The notes beneath the pieces were generated by a model, which was given only the letters and a program-made list of their open reading frames with translations, did no database searches and was not told the DNA's origin. Below, in pieces: positions 35,886-47,303 of a DNA stretch of 64,000 nucleotides (the first letter of the stretch is position 1; the number at the start of each line of letters is the position of its first letter). The translations under genes and the position numbers were made by a program. The stretch comes from Takakia lepidozioides (Eukaryota > Plantae > Bryophyta): assembly GCA_030704615.1 (NCBI GenBank), contig CM060731.1, positions 82,212,001 through 82,276,000 on the forward strand. The letters are read 5' to 3'.

Positions 35886-36525
35886 GTTACCAAATTCCCT
35901 TGCTGGGTGAACGGTGTGGAGCAGGCATACGCCACTGACCTTGTGATCCTTGACATCCCAGACTGGCAGTGGGCATTCTCTTTCTGCAACAAATTCCTAT
36001 CCGATGCAGGTGCTCTTCTAATATTTCAAGCTAACGACATGGCATCCAGACGGGTTCTGCAGAGCTACGTGAAATTGTCGGGGTTCCAGATTGTGAAGAT
36101 TTGGACTTGCATAAATACCCTGCCTTTCTCCAGGGCGGAGTTCCTAGGGCAGAAGGTGATCTCTACGACCTTTCTTTTTGATGGACTTCTGTTTTTACAA
36201 TTCATCAGTCTCGAACAGTTTAAATTCGTGCTTGTGCAGACCCATGTTTTCAAGGTCATGTGCCTCTCTCGAGTGCGGCCTGAGACCACTCCATCCCGTA
36301 TTGGGCAATTTGACATTTGGGGGGGAGGACTCCATATCGACCAGGAATGTGACCCAGTGGAATTGGACGTCATCCACAACTATGTGGACTCCTCTCAGAC
36401 TCTGAAAACGGAGGGTGGCATTCCTTGGAGAGGGGCCCGAGAGAAGTCACCCGCATTCATGCAGACTCTGATTGAGACGTGCAGTAGGCATGGTGGCAAA
36501 GTGGTTGACCTCTCCATGGGTACAG
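35886..36525 (+). pseudogene. Beta-class DNA amino-methyltransferase, copy 2 (internally deleted, last exon missing)
   Basis: Exons 35886-36155 and 36240-36525 encode CWVNG..DLVILDIPD..FLSDAG..PWRGAREKSPAFMQTLIETCSRHGGKVVDLSMGTG. Intron positions match copy 1. Confidence 0.8.
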
Positions 36526-37039
36526 GTTAGTATCTCCACTATCCGAGGGATCGTCCCATTCGACCCAGACTGACCACATTGTGGTTGAGCCAGATCTGTA
36601 AGATCCGGAAGCTCTGGAGATGGATTCCGATTTCTCTTGAGGAAGTGCATGTTCGGCTAGTCTGTAACAGAACCTCGCGTCCTTCTGTGTTGGTTTTTTG
36701 TGCTTCTTCTCAAAAAAATAAAAGATTTGCATTCTGCCGTTAATCCGTTGGGATGTCTTTGCAGGAGTCCAAGGACGCAGCGGTTTCCCCCTTTCTTTGC
36801 CAACCCAAACTTTTTCCCAAGTCCTCCCCAAGATTTCAGGTTGTCATCTTATGCGGGTGCGGCAACGATGGAATTTAGTCTCCTCTCATCTCCCCCTCCT
36901 GTGGTCCGCGACAAAGGTGGTTTTGTGCAGAGCAGGGCTAGTATCTTTATAGACAGTTCTGCATCAGTTTTGGGCTCAAAATCGGATAGCAGTGGAAGTT
37001 GCTTTTCGGAATGACTCGTTTGTTTTAAGACATACATTT

Positions 37040-37310
37040 ATGAAGCACCAGTTTCCCTCCTTTGCATGTATGAAGATGTGTTTTCATTCATCCACTCTCT
37101 TTCTCATCCATCTTTTTTCATCGCACATTATCCATAGTTCATCCACTCCTTTCATCCAACTCCTTTTCAAAACACACTCAAACATGAATCAACCACTCCA
37201 CAATATTGGAGCTAATCCGCAGACTCACTCTTTAAAAAAAATGATACATTTTTCACGCTTGAAGCCCACGGTAATAGGGCTTCCAATAGGTACAGGTCCG
37301 CGGTAGGGCG
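37040..37310. mobile_element. Subterminal region of MULE copy 2 (TCATCC-rich), apparently truncated
   Basis: TCATCC repeats mirror the GGATGA tract at 10290-10435. The reverse complement GCCCTACCGCGGACC resembles GCCCTATAACCGCGGACC at ~10048. Confidence 0.55.
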
Positions 37311-39010
37311 AGAACTGTGAGCAGAATCATGCTCACAGTTTTTTCTGCCCATGTGAGTTGCTCACAATCTAGCACGCCCCCCTTGGAGACAAGCTGGTTC
37401 TGACATGAATGCTCAGTTTCGACCACAGATGCGTCCTCAGCAGATTGGTGGATCACCTCTTTTAGATAACATTCTTTTAGTCCTGAGATGCAACCACAGA
37501 TTGGATGTCCTCCTCCTAGCACTCCTACCCAGCCAATGAAACACCTAAGACAAGATTCATTGTCTGGTGGTTGATGAGAACTCAAAGAACTCTGAGCAGC
37601 TTTTACCATTTCGAGATGAACTTGATGCTTGTGGTTCTATGGATTGGTATGATGCTCTTGTACTGGTGAGCCTATTCATTATGTTCCTACTATTTCTGAG
37701 TATGTTACTATTTCTGGAGAGAAAGTGGAGCCTGCTCGAGCTTAGCCGGTGTAGGTTTCTTGTGATGTTTCTAGCTGCAGTCCAACAGCTATTTATGCCA
37801 TTTGGGCTAACACTAGTACATGCTCAAGCTTAGGCTTCTGATGCTGTTGGATTACCAAGAAGAATCACCAATTTTGGACCGAATTTCAATGCTCCAATTG
37901 GCAATGCACTATTTCATTTCCATTTTAGTGATGCTACATAGGATAAAGAGTACTTGTCTGCCAATTAGATCATGCTTGTAGTTGAGAGTTGATACACATA
38001 ATGGACTGCAATGCAATTCATGAAGCAGATACTCATTTTTGCACAATGACTGACCCTCATTCTTCCAATAAAAACTTGTGACAATCATTCCTATGAAGTG
38101 CACAATTTCTCTTGAGTATTCAATCTCATGTTGAGCATAGCATCATATTGTTCATCACCATGGAGAGGAGGGAGGTTACAGAGATGGACTATGAGAATTT
38201 GTGGACCAATGAGGACACAACTTTCTACTTACTTGTCAGGCTCAGTAGGGTGTAAATGAGGAGAAGGTCAGAGATTGCGGTGAGTAGACCGGCTGCTCTC
38301 GGCCCATCACAGCATTATGGACTAGGTAGCCGGGAAGTTGGGACCTGGTGTAGCCGGTCAAGCCTCCCCCTCTATCGGACATGTTGCAGAGGTTGTTGGA
38401 TGACGATAATCCTTAAGGATGGCTGTCGGTCATCCAAGTGCTGTAGTAGTGCTGTAGTAGAGCTGGCAGTGGTGGGCTACTGCGGATGACAGGCCTGTCC
38501 AGGACAAATTAAACGCTGCCACGTAGGCAAAATGCCTCCAAACCTCTGTTTTGAAAAAGTAATAAGGCATTTAGGGTTAGGTGTGGAATGCCAACAAACA
38601 AGTGAGGGCCGTTACAAGAGTTGGCGCTTTGCCATCCCTTCAGTTTCCTTCGGTTTTCCATCTGGAGAGTCTTCGTAAGTACATGTATAGATCGGAGGAT
38701 GCTACTGTGATTCGAAAGCGCACTCTCTTGCAAGTTCTGCTTGAATCTGGTGTCTCTGCAGCAGACCGGCCTTCGGTGTACCGCAAGTGTGAGCATCGGG
38801 ACTTTTAATAGCGAGCTTTTGTAAACTTTGAGTTGTTTGAAGTGTATTGCAAACTGTTCAATTTGGAGAAGATTCGAGCTGATCATATATTTTTTATAAT
38901 CTAGCAGCTGGACTGGCTATAATGCGCACAATTACGTGACAGCATGCCGTCGACCTGGAAAGATTTCTAATCTGCTTCGGTGGGATTTTTGTAATTAACA
39001 GAGAGGCATC

Positions 39011-39880
39011 ATGGGAGACCTTGCCACTGACACTGTTACAGAAGCGATGGCCGCTACCCGCATTGCCACAACTGGCACGGTGGAGCTTCAACACGGAGAC
39101 AACAATGGGACGGTGACGCTGAAAAGCGTTGCCAGAAGTAACATGGTGAATCTGACAAGCGTAGATGGACAGAAGTTTCAAGTGACACCATCAGAAGCGG
39201 CGATGTTTCAGGCCATCCGTAATTCAATTGAAGATAAAAACGGTAGCGAAGAGACAGTAGTGTTGAGCAAAGTGCAAGGCAGCACTCTCGAGAAGATTAT
39301 TGAGTATGTGAGGCACCACACTGAAGAGGGCGCTGCGTGCAGAACTGGGCTGGATATTGAGAAATGGGATGCAGCCTACGCGAAAGTCGACCAGTCCACT
39401 TTATATTTTCTCCTAACGGTAATTTCTTTCCCCAAGGTTAACTAACTCTTCGATCCAGGTCAAGATTTATCTCTGACAGTGGTACTGGGATTGTGCCAGC
39501 TTCCATGCGACGTGCTATTCCTAGAAGTGATGTCTGGCTGCAAGGCCTGTTATTTTCTGAGCACGTAGTGTGAGATTCAAACGGTTAGTTTGTATGGAAT
39601 GTGTGCCGAATTCATAAGAATATTAGTTGTAGCTTAGGAACCATATTGCCACGCAACTTCTCTCTTGATTTTGCTTTTAAATTGGTGCACTCTGCTACTG
39701 TAGGCCGCGAGCTCTTTGGGCGTCAAGGGACTGTTGGACTTAATGTGTAGCACTGTGGCGAATATAATTAAAGACTATGAACCAAACCGAATGCGCAAGA
39801 CATTTGGTATCAAGAATGACTTCACAGCTGAAGAGGAGGCAGCAATTCGTGAACAAAACGCATGGGCATTTCAGAAATGA
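39011..39880 (+). CDS. SKP1: SKP1/ASK-like protein; exons 39011-39418, 39704-39880
   Basis: LTSVDGQKF.V, L.KIIEY..HH, WDA.Y.KVDQSTL, GLLDL.C.TVAN.IK, R.TF.IKNDFT.EEE..IR..N.WAF. The single intron is at the canonical position. Confidence 0.93.
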
Positions 39881-41529
39881 AAATGCTCAAAAAATCTGGT
39901 GCTGCTACACGTGCAAAAAATATTCATTTATATAGCTCACGATAAATAAGTTATGGCTGATCTCTACTAGCTACTGAGATAGCTCAGTTGTTTCACCGCC
40001 ATCGCTACGGGCTTTAGTTCTACTATACTGTAGTACACTTGGTACATCGCTAATTACTCTTGTGCAACACTGACAGACACTCTAAATTAATGTGCTCTCT
40101 GCAAAAGCGAATGTTACATGCTTATATGATCGATAATCCGTTGGTATTAAAATCTCTTGGAGGATGTAATTAAAACTTTGTGTGATTTCCTCAAAAGACA
40201 CCTACTTCAGTGGAACTTTGACTCATGTGTGACTAGGTAGATCGATCATCTTACTCTTAGATCACCCTCACCCATATTACCAGTTCTGGCTAGTATCGTG
40301 CATGGTGAGGGTTTGAACACTGAATGCACCAAATATCCAGGTCGTGCATATTCTAGATCAGGAATCTCTCCAGCTAACTGAACTTCAGAAGCCGTAATTT
40401 TAAAGGATATTGGTGACTCTCTTCTGACGCCTGTCAAAGAGTTAGAAATGATTCTCTGCACAATTTCAACTACCACGCTCTCGGCATCCTGTTTCAGCTT
40501 TCATGCAGATTTAGGCCATTGTCGTTGGAGCAAGCGGCACGGTTAACTTTACACACAGTCGAAAATAATTACACATGCATATATTTCTAAAGTTTCTGTT
40601 CGGAATATGGATGAGCCCAGTGTGTCAGTGCTTCTGGCACCAGATCCTTTTCAAACCCACATACAGTGAAACCAATGACGACGTCCATGGATTGGACTCA
40701 TGCAGGTTTCGATCACCATCCTTCAGTGAAGTTCGCGACGTCATCTAATTCGCACATAGATGCAGCCGTACGTACGTGGTTGGCAAGCCTTACTGATCGG
40801 GTGTGCGCTTTCTCTTGATTTGGAGATTTCTGACCTCTCTCCCTGAACGTTTTGGGACATGTAACGAGTCTTTGCGGTTGCATGTGTTTTTGTGCATACG
40901 CTGATATGGAATTCCGGGGGAAGAGATGAGTTCACACAGCTTTAAACTCCTAGGGAGTTCCGCGGACTCGCTGGTCTGAATTTGCAGTACACGCGACGGT
41001 CGCTGTTATCCCGATTATACGTCGAAGAGGACTTAAACAGGCACTAGGATCATAGTCATGTAATCGGGATGCATAAAAAACTACCACGTACATATTCTAG
41101 ATACGTCCTCGGTAAACCTATCCCTTTGGCCCCTGGAAAGGAGATAAACGTGAAAATTTTGTCTTATTGCATATTGCAGTGTTTCAATCTAGTACAACAG
41201 AGTTGAGACCACATACGGTAATCTGCTCCTTATCTGCAGGTCGTATTGGCCGCAGAAAATGTAGCTTTTAATTATCTTGGAAAACTTAGCTGTTTGGACA
41301 GTACTGTTTAGTCCAAATCTTAGGTGTTTGGACTATATGCATGAAATTGATGATATGGCCATTGTAATTCTCGATGACCCGGCCTGAGCAGGAGGTGGGG
41401 TTGCAGGAGGCCAACGGGTAGGGCGGGTACTTTCGTACAGTGAGAACTAGAAGTATAATAGGTGGCTATCACCTGTTGTCCCCTTAATTCTTACTAGTAC
41501 CACATTGTTATTAAATATGATCTGATAGA

Positions 41530-41590
41530 GGCCACCCCGACTGGGGGCAGTAACGTACCCGCAAGGGGACGGGGGTTTTTTTTACACTAG
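41530..41590 (+). mobile_element. Possible Helitron 3' terminus
   Basis: GC-rich hairpin CGTACCC-GCAA-GGGGACG followed shortly by CTAG|T. Confidence 0.35.
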
Positions 41591-41740
41591 TTACTTCGAG
41601 TTGGCGACATCTCCCTCTTAGACATGATCAAGATGATTTATCCAGGTGCTACTATAGGTACAGTCTCACTCCTGTACTGTTGGAGACGCCATATCAACAT
41701 TACCATAAGATTCCGTTTTCGTGACGGAACACCCATTCTG

Positions 41741-44556
41741 CTATGTTTCCTCAAGTTTCTGAACCGTCAGGAGTTTAAATGCCTTGGAGATATCCTCCGC
41801 AACATGAACCGCATCATGCGAACAACCAGGTAGTCCACCTCCGCCAAAGCCTGCCGCATACAATCCCCGGTCCCCCTTCCATCCATTTGAAGGCGGGTGT
41901 TTGAGGAATCCATTAGTGGAAAACACGTTATCATCCTGCCCATACAACAATAGTTAGCAGTCAATCTTGAACACAGATGAAGATGAACCTTCATTAATTG
42001 CTACCTGGACCTCCTTGTGCCAATATATAACCATGGAAGTGTGGACATGTGAAAACTAACAATTACAGTTGTAGCTCGGTTCGATATTCACCTTCAACAC
42101 TTGAATTGAAATTCAAAACAGTCCACATCTCCACATAGTTCCAAGAAGAACATGTGACAGTGATCTTGACGATAATATTTATGACTCTTTTATGGGTTCT
42201 ACAGTGCCTAGCCAGTAGTTGTTGTCAGATCACTTTTTTATTGCAATCTGATTGGCGAAGCTTCAAGACTAGATCACTCTCCACTTTGCGTATATTTGGC
42301 TACGTCTGCCTACTTGGTGTATTCTCAGATCAAACTCATCATTCAGGGAGTCTTTGTTTTAGCGCACCTTTAGCCACAAATGTACGTTGCTAGTGTAGCC
42401 TGTGGCCATAATGATGGCATCGAAGTTTTTGTAAGTTCCGTCGACAAAGTGAACGCCCTCTTTGGTAACACGGTCAATGCCAGGCACCACCTGGACCAAG
42501 ATAATTGTAGTTCAAGAATCGTAGTAGAGAGAACTTGATGAAGTTTTCCTATTAAACTGTAATTATCTCAATAATGCAGTCTTCATCATCATATAAATCC
42601 CTACCCGAAGCCCCGTTGGCTATCTAAGAAATGAAAGACAGTGTCAATGACCACACTAGTCAAGATCGGAATTGTACCTTGACCTGCCCGCTCTTCACTT
42701 TCTGCACTGTCCCCACGTCCAAAACAGGTGTCTTTCCAGTCTTTAACTTGAGCTCAAGAGGACCTTCATTTGGCCTCTTGATCCCAAATTTGGCTGTATT
42801 GCCAATTGTGAGCCATGAGGCAAGAACAATGAGGAAGTCGACAAACCAGAGCGGAAATCTTTTCTTCAGAAAAGAAATCACTTCAAAGGTTGAAATTCCT
42901 AGTCCAAATAAGTCTCTTGGCAGTACATGGTGCTGCAAAAGTAGAGTCCCAGAATCCCAGTTGCATAACTTGTCAGCATCTTCAATATAGGAGCATTTGA
43001 GTCGGAACTGTCAGCTAAAAAAAGGCTGGCCCTACAGGGTGATGAAGCTAATGATTAACACATAGTTCAACAGCACAAAACCATAGTCTAGCCTTCATCT
43101 AGATACTAGGTCAGATGACGTAGGCAATTGGTGGGCTGCAGGTAGCTGGCATATTCTCATATTCTCCGTCGATTCATGAAAGAATAGGTTGATCCTAATG
43201 TCCACTCGTCGAGACTTTATATTAGCCATATTTTATGTTCCCCATTATCTTTTTTTAAAGAAAAATTATTAAATGAAAGGGGAGCGGTCCGTCACCTGAA
43301 AACTTTATGTGGGATTATTAGGACTAATTTATATTCATTTAAAAATATGTATTCATGTTGGGTCTTTTCAAAAGAAAACAAATCATGTTACTAAAGCCAG
43401 GTGGAAACAGGTGTCGGAACCCCCACAGCAATTTCCTATCAACTTTAGTTTCAACTTTGTACTCCATTTGACAGCATCCGAGCAGATTAAGACTTGGAAC
43501 TGTCATGGGACGAGCATGGGACCACAATGCATTAAGGGTTTCTCCAGTAATATAATATAGTTTAATCTATCTAGTGAAAGAAAGGACTGTCGCTGTTAAG
43601 GATAAGCCATATGTAGTTGGTGGCGTGTACGCTGGTGATATTCATCTATTCATATACTCACTGGAGACCATAAACATCGATCCCCTCTAAGTTTCTATGG
43701 ACTTCCCAAACATGAAGAAAACAAAGAAGGAAACAAAGGAAAGATCTGTGTGAACAGTAAGTGAAACTGTTGACAGTATACAGTGGACAGAAAACTTCCA
43801 TGGATAAACCTGAACACATTTAATAACACACCAAATCCTACAACATCATGTGAAGGGAGTGAGGGAGTGAGATGAAGAACATACAGGATGTCGGACGACA
43901 AGTGAGACCCTGGCCTTATAATTAGCCAGATCCAGTGCTAGCTCCATGCCTGTATTACCGCACCCTACGACCAGCACATTTAGGTTCTGGTAACCTTCCC
44001 CATTCCGGTAGCTACTACCATGGATAATCTCTCCAACAAAGTCATCTTGCCCCTTCATCGTGGGCATAGCGATCTCAGCGTTCTCTCCCGAGGCGACCAC
44101 AAGCCAGCGGGCCATGTAGACACTCCCAACATCACCTGAGGCTACTGCATCCGATGTAGACACAGACCACATACTACAATGGTCTAAAAACTCCGCTGAT
44201 TCTACCACCTTGTTGAAAATAGGATTAATATGGAATCGACTTGCGTACTGGTCGAGGTAATGCACAAATTGGTCCCTGGTTGGATAGGTTGGGTAGTCCT
44301 CCGGGAAAGCATACAATGGAAGCTCACAACATTTTTTGGGAAGATGCAAATGCAACCTATCGTAAGTCCTCTTCTTCCACAAAGAAGCGACACAATCCTC
44401 TCGTTCAAGGATGGTGCATGGCACACCGTGGGAGTGTAGACATGCAGCTGTTGCAAGACCAGAGGGCCCAGCACCCACAATTAAGGCCCCGGGAAGCCAA
44501 ACTTGTGAGAAGGTAGGCAGACTACCTACCACGGTATCTTCCAATGGTACTTCCAT
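41741..44556 (-). CDS. YUC: YUCCA flavin monooxygenase; exons 44556-43885, 42932-42678, 42490-42368, 41935-41741 (start codon uncertain)
   Basis: GAGPSG FAD motif, WKKRTYDRLHLHLPK, WLVVASGENAE, GCGNTG NADPH motif, GKTPVLDVG, ATGY and WKG..GLYA.GF. The 4-exon layout is canonical. Confidence 0.96.
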
Positions 44557-47303
44557 GCTGATCTCTCCTGTCCCTTTACCTCGCCACGGAGGTTGTTTGT
44601 ACGCGCTGCGACACTCCCACTTAGCTAGCAAACTGCTCCACCAATTCTCCAAAGCTCAACCTAAAATAAAGAGAGAAGTAGACCTGGCCAGAATTAGTAG
44701 GTGGTAAATCACTATTGGAGATTCTATGATCGCCACCACTATCTGAGATCAGCTCTCACCTCTGTGGCTGCAACTGTGGATACCCAAGTCTATGACTGAA
44801 ACTACCACTGGAGGAAAGTAGCTGACATAATACTGAAAATCCAGAGACAGTGCAGAGTACTAGCCCCCATTGTAGACCAGAAAATAATATCCTTGAGATG
44901 GAAGATAATTACTTGATTTCCTATTCCTACAACTATAGACAGTAAATATCAGTGATTGCCAGATCAGTTGCAGTACTCTTGAAAACCCCCCTGCAGAGAA
45001 ATGAAAGTGCGATTCAAGGTCTAATATTAAAGAAGACGCTACTGAAGACGTTACGTGTATTGTATGAGCAGACCTGTCACTGAGAAAAGAACGTATGACT
45101 GTAGAAAAAATGTGCAACCCTTGAAAGCAAATGAAATGAAAGCAAAGAAGATGCTCCAAGTACTGTAGGAGCATACCTGCCACGAAGAGATGAGCCAGCT
45201 AGGGGTGTAGGAAAAAAGTGCTCTCTCAAATATGGAAGAAGATGCTCAAAGCACTGCACAGACCTGTTCAGACCTGTTCCGAAGAAATGAACCTTAGAGT
45301 GCAAAGCCAAAGTGCATTTTATATTGTGTCGGATAGACTGTCGAAGCTCACTTAGTGGGCAGGGGACAGCTTGGCCAGTACTGCAGCAAGGTCCCTCTAG
45401 GCCCAAGTATGCCCCACCTTCCAGGCACATTGTCTTCAGATTGTCTCTCCAAGAGGACTGGTCCATCCAGTTCTGCAGTTATCTCTATCTACTTACTGGG
45501 TGTGGCGTCTTCCTATTGGGATACGTGGTCGATACTGATCAGCTAACTCCTTCAATCGGTGGGGCTATCGATCGACGTCTAAAGTATCTCATTAACCGAA
45601 TCTCTGGTACATCTGTAAGGGTCTGTTCTTGTGGCCAACCTTGTCGCTTGTACGTATTGGCCGCCGAGGAAGACGTGCACGATGTTACAGACCCTGACAA
45701 GCTAGCAAACCGTTGAACGCCAACGAACATCTGTTATAGACCATCCATAGGCCTCGCAACATCGATGATCGTGGACAGCGGTGGCTTGAACCTCTTAGCT
45801 TCTTACCGGTTCTACAGTGAATGTCGGATGCCTCAAACTATCCAGATCCAGCTGGTAAGCTGGCAATGTCCCAACTCGCTGAATGCTGACGGGCTCTTGC
45901 CAGCCCACGCGCTATCTAGCTTGCGTGCCTCACCGTACGCCTCGCTAACATAGTGATGGAGCGGCAGTTTTAGTGAGCGATTGCTGGTCATGACCTTAGT
46001 CTCTAGGCTTAGCCCTCTAAATCCAGATCGATCCATGTATGGGTGATCCTAGCCATTGGATTCTAACGCTTTAGCAAATGTGTTGTATAGTCTATTACGT
46101 GGTCTGGTCTGATGGTCTCCCGGGTCTGGGAGGGTCTGTCTCCCGTGTCTCTCCCGGCCTGCTTCATGCCTCATAGCCCTGTCGTCCTGTCCCGTTTTCC
46201 TCTGTTTTTTCCTTTTTCTTTTTTCTTTCCAAGGGGGGAAAAAAAAGATCACCAGGCCTTGAGAGAAAGGGGCCATGAAGACAAAGCCCAGTCCCAAGGG
46301 CTCGGAAGGCAGAGAGGAGACAGCTCACATGGGTTTGAACCCCAGACCACAGGCCAATGGACAGGACCTGTTGTTCATCCCTGTGTCATTTTTTAGAAGG
46401 GAAATAAAAGAAAAAGAAATATAAAAAGAACAAATACAGTTTAATTCTCTGAATTTCCCATATTGGGGAGATTTGGTAATCGGCCACATTTACCCAAGTT
46501 TCGACCCAGAGTTAAGAGGTATTTGATAAAGTAGCTCAATGTCTTTGATTTTGATTTTTGATTCTATCTTTATTTTTTATTTTTTTGTTTTTTTATTTGA
46601 GAAAGGAAATCTAGAGGCGACTGCTCACAATTTAGCTCACCCTGGTGGTTATTTTTTCCACCTTATGTGAACTCTTATTTATTTAATTTGATTAAAAGGG
46701 CCTCTGTCCCCTTTCTCTAAAAAATAAAATAAAATAAAATAGGCCTAAATTAGATATTTATATTTTGCTGATCTGTGGAGGTTTTATTTGGGAGGCCTAC
46801 TTCTTCGTCATTTGTGAGCAGTCTACAATTTGTGAGCCCCCTATCACCCGGGGAGAAATTGGTTCCTTTATTTTTTTCTTAGCAACCCTAAAGTAACTCC
46901 TCACACATCAGGCTTCAGAGGAGAAAGAGTAAGGCTCATGGAAAACCCGATAGGTAGATGATATTCGAACTCAAAATCACCTGGGTGGCACTATCCTGGT
47001 GGCTAAATTTAATTGACCCATTTCTACTCGATTTCCCCCAAGAAAACGTGAGCTCACAAACCGTAGGAGCAAGGATCGAACCCGCGCTCTGGTGTTGGTA
47101 GGTTGGGTAGGTCGCCTGGGTGTCATCGACCAACGGACAGCGGGGACGCGTTGGCGATGGCCTCGAGGCAGCGCGAGAGAGAGCGAGAGAGAGGGGACGC
47201 AGGATTCTTGGGAGAGAGAAGGGAAATTGCAGTTGCGATTTTGGTGTGAGCTTGTTGTGTAGGTGAGGTGTGGGGGATCGATCCAGTGTGCAGGCGGGCA
47301 GCC

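Noticed and set aside
45460-46030. Possible retroelement coding fragment upstream of YUCCA
   Set aside because: No motif could be identified in any frame.
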